From assembly GCA_965112155.1 (NCBI GenBank), contig OZ218100.1: 64,000 nucleotides of DNA. The stretch is one strand, 5' to 3'. The notes under the pieces are model-generated. The model saw nothing but the letters and a program-made list of their open reading frames with translations. It had not been told where the DNA came from and ran no database searches. Below, one piece after another: positions 12,601 to 23,594 of the stretch. Numbering within the stretch: the first letter of the stretch is position 1; each line of letters begins with the position of its first letter. The stretch comes from Podarcis liolepis. Lineage: Eukaryota. Position numbers and translations under genes: made by a program.

Positions 12601-15600
12601 GACTTCTCTAACACGGTTTTGTGTTCCTGAATAATATTGGGTAAAATGACTGGATGAAAATGGGCCATGCTTTGATCCCCTGACCCCAGCAGACAACTCG
12701 GCAGCCCCATGGCATCACTGTGGCATCACAATTGATGGGTGAATTGCCACGCTCACCAGTCAAAATCACTTGTGCTTACAGTGCTCTTTGCAGCAGTCTT
12801 TCTTCATTGCTGTGTGATGGAGCAGTCTCTCAGAGCCAGTGTCTCCATAAAGCAGACATCAGCTCTGGCAGGGACTGCTCCATCGTGCAGCAATGAAGGA
12901 AAAAACTTGTCTGCTGCTTTCATTGCCTGCGCAAGGCTGAGCTTTTTTAGAGATTGAAGGAATCAGTGGAGGTAGGCTGTCCAAGAAGGTCCTGTCTATC
13001 AGCTGACATCACCAGTGATGTCAGTTGATGGGCATGGTTTGGAGAAAATGGGCTCTTGGCTCAAATTGGACCCCCTGGCAGGCCCAGATTGGCCCGTGTG
13101 CTGGAACTTCCACACCCCAGGGAGGGAGGGACGGCTAGAAAATTTGTGTGTTAGATACTGTTCATGTGATAGATACTGAGTGCCCTGCCTTGCTTGAGTA
13201 GAAGTGCTTTCTGCTGCCACAGAGTCACTATTAGATACAGCCCAATGAAGCTGCCCTGAGTCTGTCCTGACTCCTTTGTATTACAAATCTTAGTGACCTC
13301 GCCAACACAATCAAAATAAATTTAGGAAATTTTGGTAGGGAGTCTGCTGTGCGGTTTGAGTCAAAAGAGTTAATCTTCAGTGCTAACATACCTTATAGGT
13401 TTGCTGTGATAAAATGGGGAGCAAACCATGTATAATGCTCTCAGCTCCTTGGATGAATGGTGGTGTTTGGGTTAAATTATTTTGTGCCTCAAATACCAGG
13501 AACGTATCCTGTTTCAGATGAGTTGGCTATACTCTTACATAGACATTGTCCTCTGCCACCATATCCAGATGCCTTTTGCAGTGGGTTTTGATTATACACG
13601 CAGTTCATGGGTTATTAGAGCACTAATCTGTGCTTGCTTTGTGGCAAGATCTGTGACTAGGAATGTTCATCAAATCCACTTACACTTTTTTGATGATAGT
13701 CGGAGACTGGGACACCATTGAGCTAAGCTTATAAACAGTTTCTTGGTAAATACACTTTTTAGTCCTTTGAATTAAGGAAACCAGAAGGATAGACAGGTGT
13801 GGCAAATTGTCTGCATATGTTTTTATGAATGGAAACTCCTAGTAAAAGTATTACATATATAAGGGCTTTTTTCCTTTTCTGCCTCTGCATTCCACGAAGT
13901 CCATCCTGGGAGGCAAAAAGGAGTCCAAATGTTTTGGTGTTTAGGCATTACAATGGTATTACAGAAGAAGTCTCTGTAAGCAGAAAGGGAGGAGGAGTTT
14001 CTTTAACAGCTGTGCTAAAGCCAGGCAGCTCTGATGCCCCCTAATAATCTTCCTGCTTGGATCACTGCCAGACCCAGCTTTTAATTTCTTCTATCAGCAA
14101 GGCCTTTCCTTTCCAATCCTGGTGTCATTCAAGTTTAGGAACTTTTTTTTTTTTAAGAAACAGCTATAATCTGAACAAAGCTGCTCATTGTGCTGAACCA
14201 TAGCTTAACTTTTGTGACTGCAACCATACTTCTGGATCTTAATTCAAACAGTCCCACAACTTACAGACATTTAGCTTGTGTACATCCAGCTTTATGTTCT
14301 TGGCAAATAATAATAAATAGAAAGGGGACAGGTGTCGGGGGAGGGGAGTCTTTGGCAATCCCACCCACCATTGCACCCAATGTTTTGTGATTATAAGCAA
14401 TTTTGGCTTTAGGTGTGATCCCCAGAACATAACCCCCATGTCAGTTGAGGGCTTACTCTATTAAAGTAAATATGCATGTCTCCTTTGTGGGTATTTATCT
14501 TTCCAGAATATTGCAGATGATTTTTTATTTTTATTTTTTGCACATAGGAAGCTGTCTTGTACTGAATTAGACCCTTGGTCCATCTAGCTCAGTGTTGTTT
14601 TCAGACAGAGGTCTTTCCCAGCCCTGCCTGGAAATGCTGGGATTGGACCCTGAGCCTCCTGCAGCCCAAACAGATGCCTTGCCACTGAGCTCTTCTATAA
14701 CAGAGTACTTATTTGTGGAACTATGTTCCTACCACAATAGGCTAGGAATGCCAAAGCCTTAAATGGTTTGTAAATTTGAGCCGATCATATAGCAACCTTA
14801 TAGGCAGTGTAATCTGTCCATTGTAATATTGGTGGAATGCCTTTCTAAAACCCCGACTCTCTTCCTTACTATAAAAATGCCTCCAGCTGAATGAAGGCAT
14901 ATTTCAGTCAACAGTCACATGAGTTAGAATCCAGGGTGGTCTTCCCACAAGGAGTTCTTAACAAGATCAGTTACACTGTTTTGGAGGCTAAAAATAATGC
15001 TGTCCTTCCATCTTTCATACAATAGTTGTACATATCCCCTGAGAACAGAAGGGCTAATGAATATGACTTCAAGAAGGCACTCGATCTGCTGGAGTATATT
15101 GATGAGGTATGAAAATGAGTGAGTTTTGGTGATCTCTGAACCAGGATGTTTTTCAGTCTAACTGAAGTCCCCTCCCCCATCTGTAAAAAATAAAATAAAC
15201 ATAACCTCTTATTTCTCAGCTACCAAAATACTCAAGTCCCATCTAATACCAACTGCTTGACTTATTGGCCATCTTTTAAAAAAATAATGGAAGGCTAAAC
15301 CTGTGAAAACATAAAAACTGAAACTGAAGACTATGACTCAGTTTTAGTGATGCCATCAGTCAAATATCAGTTCATATCAGTATGGGAATTGATCATTTCC
15401 CATCCACCTTCTTTTTAGTTATTGATGTCGCTACCCCAACTGGTATAATTACCTTGTCGGGATCTAGATTCATGATATGGCAATGTCCCAAGACCTCTTA
15501 TCGGTCCTCCGCCTGCCCCTGTGTTAGGTTTTATTTTATTAATATTTCTATTAAAATATTTTTAACCCATTCTGTATCACTTGATCCCAGCCAAATTGAC

Positions 15601-18600
15601 ACTTTCCCTCTCACAAAAACTGAACTGCAAACTGTTAAGTGCTCTGTGTCACATTCTGTGGCATCAGACCAGGTTTTCTCATTTCCCTAAGCACAATAAT
15701 ATACTGATCACCTTAAAGGAGCTTACATGTATGATTACATATCTGTATGGACATTGTGGGTTCATGCAAAACTGAGAACCTCTCTGAAGGTCCCGTTGTT
15801 CTTTCTGATCTGTTCTTGTTTAGAAAGCACATGGCTTTGCATCTTCTTGCTTGCCCTCTTCATCCTGCCACAGTTTTCCCAGTCTGGTATTTCTGTCTGT
15901 GGCCAAGAGGAAAAACATTTTTTATTCTTGTTCTTAAGAGACTCTTGTGCAAAGTCTCTATATGCTTGGCTATGCTGGAATAAAAGGCATATTTTAATAA
16001 ATAAAAGGCATAAATGAAGTCTTTTTTAATGTAGATTCCCCTCCTTTCCCCATCAAGTCATAATCCATTTTCAGACATACTTCAAAAAACTATTTTCTGG
16101 CCCATACCCTTGAAAATTGTCCCTTTTTCTTACTTCTAGTCATGTTTTTAGCTTGTGAACTATTGAATTTGGATATAATCACAATGCATAATGTGTGTTT
16201 CTCTAAAATCTCCAATGCAATTTAATATTTCTTTTCTTTCTTTTTTTCCTTTGAATGAAGGATGAGGAAGTGGACATAAATGATCTTAAACTTAAAATAC
16301 TTTGCAAAGCTCTTTTAAGAGATAGGTAAGCAAGCTATTTGTTTGTTTGTTTAAAGCATTTTTGTCCCCACTTTTTGGCTGTAAAGAAATGCAGCTCACA
16401 TAAACTCGGTAACAAAGACAGTTCCTACATGTAGGCTTACAGTCTAAAAGACATAACACAAAAGGAAAATGCGATGACAGAGGAAGGGGAAAATAAGCAA
16501 ACTCGGGTCTTAAATTTACAACAACTATTTTATAACAATCAAACCAGCTTGAATGGAAACAATTAGGGAGAGGAGAAAAATAGAACTCAAATAGAAGAGC
16601 TGATGGAGTGGTCCTGCTTCCTCTCTCTCCCTTTTTTCTGTAGCCATTGTATAAAAACATGTTAGTACACTTAATATTCTGTTAAAATTTGTAGTTTTCC
16701 CAGCTGCTTATACCAGATTGAATATTTTCTTCGAAACATGTTTATGTCACTCTTCATCGTATCAGATTTCAGGGTGTTGTACAGCAGGGGAGGGCAGACT
16801 TGAGGCTTGCAGGATCTACTTTGTGTGTTACTAGAAGCCTGAGGTCCACCGACCGAAGCAAGGTGTAAAAGACATGAGCTTAGAATTGAAGAACACATTG
16901 CCTCTAAGCAGCTGTTGAGGACAGGGATTTGTTTTGAGTATTAGAAGTGAGGCTGAGCTCACAATCTTTCCATGCAAAAATCTATTCCTAGTTACCAAGT
17001 CCCCCCCCCCCCCGGGGTTATTTTGTTGTAATAAAAAAGTTCCTTCCAGTAGCACCTTAAAGACCAACTAAGTTAGTTCTTGGTATGAGCTTTCGTGTGC
17101 ATGCACACTTCTTCAGATACACTGAAACAGAAGTTGCCAGATCCTTCTATATAGTGAGAAGGTGGGGAGGGGTATCACTCAGAAGGGTGGTGGGAATGGG
17201 TGATTGGCAGTTAGCTGAGATGAGATTATTTTGTTGTGTTATTGTTAAACAGGTTGGAGTCAAAAATCCTTGCTGATCTATTGCAAATCACCCAGAGATC
17301 TACCAGAAAATTCTGGTCTACTTTCTGCTCACTCCTGGTGTACAGCATTAAATATTTTTTAAAGTGCAAAAACAAGATAGCAGATAAAACATTTAAGTGA
17401 CTACAATATTATTGGTTAAATCAGTAAATCATAGCAGTGTGGGTGCCAGGCAAAATTCTTAAGGGAGAGCATTCCACAACCAGGGCATCACTGCAAAGAA
17501 TGCCAAGACTGTCCCTTGATTGAGGAGGTGCATGTCAAAGGGTATTGGCAGATGATGACAAAGATCTGGCAAGTTAATATGGGGTATGGTGCCTCTCAAA
17601 TTATATTAGTAGGTTGTATAGTTATGGGGAAGATGCACTGTGCTCTATTGAAAACACATCCATAATAGGTTGTCTGTGCAGGCTCATGATTTGTGTCTCT
17701 CCAAACAAATTTTGTCCTTACGTTTTACTACTCCTGCTTGGTTGGGGTGAACAAACCATCAGCCTGGGTTTGGACAAGGTGACAAGCCAGCCCATAGTTT
17801 GTTTCCCAGCAGGAAGCAGGAAGCCTGCAACTTCAGTAGCATGCAAGAGCACACTACACATTCACAGTAAACCATAGTTTAATATGATGTGTGAACCTGG
17901 TCATCCTCAGTAGCCCTCAGAGAAGCTAATAATTCCCCTCCTGTTTCAGATGGGGGGCTAAATTAAGATTACCTAAGGATACCCAACAGGTTTTGGCAGG
18001 GCTGAGACTTGAACTGTGGGCAACTAGAATCTCCTAACTATTATGCCAAGCCAGCTTTTTTTGGTTCTCTGGCCAACGGCACAGCAATGGTACATTTCTT
18101 TTACACTTCAGATGATTGCTGATTGCATTTTCTTCCTGGTAATATGCTACATCATGGGTAGTAAACCTTTCCCAGCCCTAGAGCCACTTTCCATCATGGG
18201 GGAATCTGGAGGAACCACAGGCCAGTAGTGGGCGGGGTCAAATATCTTTCCCCATCGACAGCTTGCTTGTGTTCCATACTACATGCTTCGAAACAGGCGT
18301 CTTTCTCTAAGGGCACAACATGGAAACATAGCAGGCTTCCGATAGAGAGATTTATTTCTCCCTCAGCAGCAGGCCTCTGCAGCGGTTCCCCCTCTTTCCT
18401 GCAACTCAGCCATCACTGATCACTTGGGCACCAGGGGTGAGAACTTGGGTTTCATGACCTGCCACACCTCACTACTTAGCTGGTTGGCAGAAACAACCAA
18501 GTAGTGGGAAAATGGTGCTGCAGTGTGGGCAGGGCATGGGAGGAGAGGCCAGTGGGCCAAATGGAGTGGCCCAGGAGGCTGTGTGTGGCCTATTCTACAT

Positions 18601-20958
18601 GTTCCATTTAAGGAATTGCCTGCAGTTACAATAGCATTTGAACTAAACGTTATTGGCTCTAAATCAAGAGACAATTGAAGGTGTGTGTTTTGTATTTGTG
18701 TCAGGTGGTGTTTAGAACATGCCTGTTTGCAGGTTGTTCCAGACAGCCCCTATGACAAATGAAAACCCCCATATCCCACCTTTTAATTTTCAAAAACTAG
18801 TCAGTTTCTAAAACAATACTCAGTCTCTAAAGCCTAAATGATGGAATAAATCAACACTGTGTTTCAAACTTGCTTAGCTGGCTAAATCCCTAAGTCTTTG
18901 CAAGACTAAGCTGCTGTTTCTACCTTCAGACGTTTGAGTGAATATCTGAGGTACACTTATTCCGAACACTAAAGAAATCTGTGAACCCCTTTGAAGCCCA
19001 GTCTGTGCAGGTTTACTCAGAAGTCAGTTCTCTCTAACTTCATGGAATGTTTAGGATTTTGGAGTTAATTATTTCTCCTACTATACTGAGAACAATTTAA
19101 GGATTCACTGAACAGGGATCACTATGCACAAATAGTATATAAACTCTGAGCGAACAAAGTTAAATATAAATCTGTCAAGGTTTGATATCCAAGTTGGCAG
19201 CCGAAACATTTGTTGGAAACTGATCTTCATTTGAATAGCATGTTTAGCATTTCAATAGATATGCCCAATTGATTGAGCTTTAGATAAAATAGCTATGCAA
19301 GAATAATCCTTATTCATGAGAATATGTCATCTTGAGTTTTGATGCATCTTCAGATCATTGCATTGGACACTTTGAACTACCTGTTCTTCAGGAATGTGCA
19401 TAATGATGCATAATCCTTTATGCATCCCTGCTTCATAGCTATATATGGCAGCTGAATTCTTGGGTAGTACCCTGAGGCTTGTGGGGAACACTTGGTGACT
19501 TCCTAATATGGTAGTAGACTGTGTTTCTCTTACATTTTGTGCCCTCCTCGTGAAGGTGAAGTAGCAAATAGAAAGGCAAAGGAAGTTGTAGGGAAATAGA
19601 TCCTTTTCCCAGCATGCTTAGTTGTTTAACACATCCATTTTCACCTACCTAGGAAATTCTTATTGTAAATGGTAGTGGCAAGGGAAATTAAGGAAGGTCT
19701 TCTTTCTGCCAAGGTTTTGACAATGCTTTAAAAAATGCATTACTGAGAGACATGCTAAATGGATTTATTGATTGTATTGAAATGGAACGCTAAACATGAT
19801 TTCAGAGTTCTCTTGGTCCAGCATCCTGCAAATGAGACACTTCTGAAAACCTGCTTATAGGGCAGATTAAGGCCGATAGTTGAGTTAATGTGCTAATAGG
19901 ACATTTCCTCCGTTGACAATGTTTTGGGGCATGGATGCTGTTTGTATAATGCAACAACACTGAATCGGAAGGTATATTGAAATAAAAAAGCTTGTTGTGC
20001 AAACTGCACATCATTTCTAATATTTGATAAGCCTCTTTCTGTGGCATAGGTCACTCTGAAAAATTGTTTGCTAATCCCACTACAGGGGACAGCCCAGTAC
20101 TAACACCTCTATGTATATATCCTGCAGTGTTTGGAAGTGCAGCTTATTAGTTGTAACAAAAATTTTATCCATAGTGAGGCACATATAATTATTCTTTTTT
20201 TACTTTAATCTCTGTCAAGTAGAGTATACTTTTTAGCATTCTTAATACTGTACGGCCTTGAAAGATGTGAAATTGAGTAAAGGATACACAATAACTGCAA
20301 ATAATCAAAATACACACAAAGTGACACTGGGAATTCTGATTTAATACTGTATATATTTGTTTTTTAAAATATATATTCTATTTGTACTACCTTTTAATTT
20401 TTGGTTACAGTTGGTGTAGTTCAGAAGGCAAAGACGATCCAATTGAAGCATCTAAAGACAGCATATTTGTGAAAATTCTACAAAAGCTGTTCAAAGAAGG
20501 TACATATTGTGTGAAATATGCTCAGAAATAAGTTTTTGTGAGTTTGCTGCTTACATATATTTACATCAAATGGCATTAATATCATTAGTAGTCAAGATAT
20601 AAACACAGCAGGCAAAATTGAAAATAAGGCATGGTTTGCTAAGGGCAGAAGGGAATTGCCAAATGTGGTTTGAAAATAAAACTTACCCATTGGTGATAGT
20701 GCTTGGAAAAATTATCACTGTTTCTCAGGCCTAGACAAGTTATTCTGAAATGTAGGTACACATTTCAATGATCACTCAACGTTTACAGTTTACAGTAGCT
20801 AATAACTTCTTTCTGTTTTAGGAATTCAGCTCAGCGAATATCTACCTGGGGTAAAAGACTTAATGCAAGCAGATGAACTTGAACACTTAACATGCAAACC
20901 GTACTTAGAATTCGTACTTAAAGCAAATTACGAACTTTATGTCTATAGGCAGACCTGA
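493..20958 (+). CDS. NUP133: Nucleoporin NUP133, 3' part (18 coding exons; 5' part lies upstream of the window)
   Basis: Exons 493-640, 1066-1210, 1741-1898, 2077-2168, 4342-4505, 4620(or 4623)-4711, 4796-5020, 5570-5692, 6190-6289, 7563-7805, 8841-8974, 9525-9683, 11123-11258, 12427-12545, 15026-15106, 16261-16325, 20411-20499, 20822-20958. All introns are GT-AG with consistent phases and no internal stop. Peptides ([61 protein letters not shown]) match vertebrate NUP133 as recalled; next to ACTA1 as in human. Confidence 0.97.
773..808. repeat. (AAT)n(AAC)n microsatellite
   Basis: Direct reading. Confidence 0.9.
1066..1210 (+). CDS. NUP133: NUP133 exon ([14 protein letters not shown]...FSIQ)
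   Basis: cag| acceptor, |gtaaga donor, open frame. Confidence 0.93.
1384..1468. repeat. Short ~85-bp imperfectly palindromic interspersed repeat (caatcct...tactcagaagtaagtcccattga...ttact...ggattg)
   Basis: Related copies at ~19000-19060, 22325-22390, 24580-24665, 28495-28555, 28660-28720, 30840-30990, 59235-59312. Confidence 0.7.
1741..1898 (+). CDS. NUP133: NUP133 exon (GDRILGAG...ETNDE)
   Basis: tag| acceptor, |gtaagg donor. Confidence 0.93.
2077..2168 (+). CDS. NUP133: NUP133 exon (SIAFDAASR...AFLQFC)
   Basis: tag| acceptor, |gtataa donor. Confidence 0.92.
3340..3830 (+). mobile_element. Degraded DIRS (tyrosine-recombinase) retrotransposon: end of RT/RH/MT ORF and start of YR ORF; may extend over ~2540-4300
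   Basis: One frame reads [79 protein letters not shown], matching the recalled DIRS motif string FPP.PLL..VL.KI..D...VILIAP.WP.Q.WF...LP..PDLLSQ....HP....L.LT.W.L; an overlapping frame gives [10 protein letters not shown]. Confidence 0.75.
4342..4505 (+). CDS. NUP133: NUP133 exon (NNMKGAQ...[10 protein letters not shown])
   Basis: cag| acceptor, |gtgaga donor. Confidence 0.93.
4620..4711 (+). CDS. NUP133: NUP133 exon ([16 protein letters not shown]...FLRQ); start 4620 or 4623
   Basis: tandem aag/cag acceptor, |gtaggt donor. Confidence 0.88.
4796..5020 (+). CDS. NUP133: NUP133 exon (VGLFGRLG...DVFFRE)
   Basis: aag| acceptor, |gtgata donor. Confidence 0.93.
5570..5692 (+). CDS. NUP133: NUP133 exon ([12 protein letters not shown]...NNIIK)
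   Basis: cag| acceptor, |gtatta donor. Confidence 0.93.
6190..6289 (+). CDS. NUP133: NUP133 exon (DMLQAA...EYVPWT)
   Basis: tag| acceptor, |gtgaga donor. Confidence 0.93.
7563..7805 (+). CDS. NUP133: NUP133 exon ([10 protein letters not shown]...LLSPL)
   Basis: aag| acceptor, |gtaagt donor. Confidence 0.9.
8841..8974 (+). CDS. NUP133: NUP133 exon (LSLGQY...QFADQ)
   Basis: cag| acceptor, |gtagtg donor. Confidence 0.93.
9525..9683 (+). CDS. NUP133: NUP133 exon ([10 protein letters not shown]...DFEK)
   Basis: tag| acceptor, |gtaagg donor. Confidence 0.93.
11123..11258 (+). CDS. NUP133: NUP133 exon (ANRTLQNLA...[11 protein letters not shown]...EKIE)
   Basis: tag| acceptor, |gtacta donor. Confidence 0.93.
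11460..11701. mobile_element. pogo/Tigger-like MITE, intact
   Basis: Perfect 18-bp TIRs CAGTGGTACCTCGGGTTA / TAACCCGAGGTACCACTG flanked by TA on both sides; internal taacctgaa repeats. Confidence 0.92.
12427..12545 (+). CDS. NUP133: NUP133 exon ([13 protein letters not shown]...QLIE)
   Basis: aag| acceptor, |gtatgt donor. Confidence 0.92.
14543..14690 (-). mobile_element. Squam3-like tRNA-derived SINE (degraded)
   Basis: Reverse complement resembles the copy at 45818-46004 (agctcagtggca head; gctagatggacc...cagcttcctatg tail). Confidence 0.7.
15026..15106 (+). CDS. NUP133: NUP133 exon ([27 protein letters not shown])
   Basis: tag| acceptor, |gtatga donor. Confidence 0.93.
16261..16325 (+). 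CDS. NUP133: NUP133 exon ([21 protein letters not shown])
   Basis: aag| acceptor, |gtaagc donor. Confidence 0.92.
17030..17225 (-). mobile_element. Penelope-like retroelement terminal-repeat fragment with 12-bp target-site duplication
   Basis: TTATTTTGTTGT at 17018-17029 and 17226-17237; internal tagcaccttaaagaccaac...gagctttcgtgtgcatgcacacttcttcagatac, recalled as typical of lizard Penelope ends. Confidence 0.75.
17083..17120 (-). ncRNA. Minimal type I hammerhead ribozyme motif (Penelope-associated)
   Basis: Minus strand GUAU CUGAAGA A GUGUGCAUGCACAC GAAA GCUC AUAC: core boxes, palindromic stem II, AGCU helix III, UC cleavage site, GUAU/AUAC stem I. Confidence 0.72.
17380..17600 (-). mobile_element. 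Old L2-like LINE fragment
   Basis: gtgccaggcaaaattcttaagggagagcattccacaaccaggg resembles 53740-53770 and 54755-54800. Confidence 0.5.
20411..20499 (+). CDS. NUP133: NUP133 exon ([12 protein letters not shown]...KLFKE)
   Basis: cag| acceptor, |gtacat donor. Confidence 0.93.
20822..20958 (+). CDS. NUP133: NUP133 last coding exon (GIQLSEYLP...YVYRQT*)
   Basis: tag| acceptor, TGA at 20956-20958. Confidence 0.93.
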
Positions 20959-21028
20959 GAGAATTCTGAATTTTAGAAAGACCATTTCTAAAGAATGAAG
21001 TTTTTGTACACTTTTTAAATTTTTTTGC

Positions 21029-21034
21029 AATAAA
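21029..21034 (+). terminator. NUP133 polyadenylation signal (AATAAA)
   Basis: AATAAA 70 nt after the stop, with an upstream TGTA and T-rich flanks. Confidence 0.7.
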
Positions 21035-23380
21035 ATCTTTATGTTAACTGAGGACATGTCCATCTTTAAAATGGTAAAGAATTCATTGAGTATCTAGAAG
21101 GTTTGGTGGCCTTTCCATCTGACAAAGACAAAAACTTACAAAGCTTAAGAAAACTGTTCTGTGCACTCTCAAGATAAGCTTTAAAACATGGTTTGGAACA
21201 GACATCTCCTCTTGCTTCAGTAATCCAACTTCTGACTTGTGCTCTGCTTCTGTAAGTAAATGAATATAATCCATCCAATTTTCAATCTTATCCTGAAGAA
21301 TGCTTTTTATTCAGTTACAAACACACTGCAGGTCCACAGATATTTTATACATAAATAATGAAAGTTTTGGTGCTCACCACAAAGCGGTATCACGTTCTAC
21401 TACCATCTAGGTAAGGGCACGAAGACTAGAAAGCTGTTCTCTGCCTGCCACTCTTGGAAGAGTCTCTTCTCTGTTTGATACCAGGCTGTTTTGAGTTGCT
21501 GGGTTGCTGTACAATCCACAGAATTTATACATTCTAATGCTTTGAGTAGATAGCTAACTTTATTAGTCTTATTGGCTTTAATCTGACAAATGTCACGGGA
21601 GAATCTTTCTTACAGACTGCTAAGCATGCACAGATTGACTGCAAAGCAAGTTGCCTCTCCTCACATTTTACTTTATGCCTTGGCTAAATGCCTATTAGAA
21701 GAACTTGATCCAACAGCTGAGAAGGTCATAAGTTAAATCAGTTGAAGAGAGTCCAATTTCTAGTTTTAAAAGCCCTGCTATCATTCCATGGCTTCCCTTC
21801 TTGCTGTGCTAATACGGCGCTAAGAGTGGAGGAGCTGAATGTGTTCGGAAAAATAGACTTATCTGGACATGTTCAAACCAATGTAGAAAAGAAATGCATT
21901 AGCACCACTGGAAATAGATCCAAAGTTCTGCATAGCAGAGAGGGGCTCAGTGTACTTGATAGCAATAATTAAGTAGAGTATCTTGGCTATTTATCTAGAG
22001 AATAATGGAGTTAAAAATATGACTTAAAATGGATAGTGATAAAATGAAGCTATTTCTCTCCCTAGACTTTACTGCTTGGCTTTGTGTCTAGTAATATGGA
22101 CTGAAGGTTCTGCTAGAATTTCCCTCCTGTTGTCTCTAAAACCCACTTAGCTTGCTTTGTTGTATTTAACATTGACGAGTGCTGCTTAACCCTCATCAGC
22201 CGGAAATTCTGTTACTGCTGTCTGAAGACCTCAGAGTCAATTGGAGGTTCCCCCATCCCATGTCACTGTTTATTGACCAAAATACATTTGGTGAGAGTAT
22301 GTTGCTCATAGAGTTTTTGTAAGCCCCATCCTCTGCAAGTTTACTCAAAAGCAAGTCTCACATGAGCTTACTCCCATGAAGGTGTGCATAGGGTTACAGT
22401 CTTCACAAGTGTGAAATCAGGAAGAGTAATTCCATTATGTTTTAGTGCATCACTGTACAATGACCTGTTGATGTTGATACCCAGTGGGGAGTCACCTTGC
22501 TTAAAGATCGCAGGGCTAGGGAGTGGATTTTGTTTTGAGAGTTTGGCTTCTGTAAGCATGGGTTTGCAGCCTTCCCATATGAATTTAGTGAATGGCAATT
22601 GCAAGAACTAACTATGTGATGATAAAATGGGTCATCTGAATATACCCACAGAATACCTTTGGAAGATTTATCAATAATATGAATTCCTCTTACTGGAGAT
22701 TATATGTATTTCTTCAATATCAATCCACTGATATTACAAAAAAGGGCAACATTTGCAGCACATTATACTGATCAGCTCTACTGAATTGGGGAAATTCATT
22801 TCTACAGGATGTTTTAATCGGTAAGTTATTTAGCAGAGTGGAAAAGTTGGATTAGTATGTGAGATAACTACCAAACGTGGCAGTTTGTTTTAATGTTGCA
22901 CCTTACAAATGACTCTTCTGAAAACATTCTATGATTTAAAGCAATAGGCAAGGGTGTAAAGTTGTTACTTTCATCTAGACAGACTTGAGAACCTACAGCA
23001 ATTTCTCCTATGGAGATCGGCTTTACTCTTAGACCAGCTCTCGTTGCTGGAATTTGACCTGCCTTGTCTCTGTTATAGCTGAGTACTAACAAAATATTAG
23101 TTTAATCCTTCATGCCTATCTCCCTACATCCTAATCCCTAAGAATGTTTACAACGGAAATGACCACTTGCTTGGAGAGAGCAGAAAAACTGATGTTTAGT
23201 CATTTTTTGCATTTAGTTTATATACTGTTGGCATGGATATTTGTAAAAAGACATGCATCATAAGGCAACATTGTGTCAGAAGTTTGCATAACTGAAGATC
23301 ACAAAGTCTGCTTTTATGTTCTGTAGCTTGGTTGGTATGATCAACGTTAACAATCTGAGTGCAGGTAACAAATTATAATA

Positions 23381-23594
23381 CAGGCAACTCCCCATTTATG
23401 CAAGGGTTATGTTCCAAGGCACCACACGTTTCAGTGAAATAGTGTATATTTGAAATGCCATTGGAAAAGCCTGCAAACACCCCATTCCGCCCCCATCCCT
23501 TTTTGTGATGTTTTTTGGTCGCTTCCAGGTTTAGTCCAATGCACATATGCACGGCCGTGCACATATTGAAAGTGTGTAAATGGGAGGTTGCCTG
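23381..23594. mobile_element. Tigger-like MITE
   Basis: Near-perfect TIRs CAGGCAACTCCCCATTTA / TAAATGGGAGGTTGCCTG with TA on both sides. Confidence 0.85.

Noticed and set aside
14988-14997. MEF2-like CTAAAAATAA in a NUP133 intron as an ACTA1 enhancer
   Set aside because: Single motif in AT-rich sequence with no supporting cluster or conservation data.
641-20821. Possible U12-type introns in NUP133
   Set aside because: No donor has the GTATCCTT/ATATCCTT consensus; all look U2-type.
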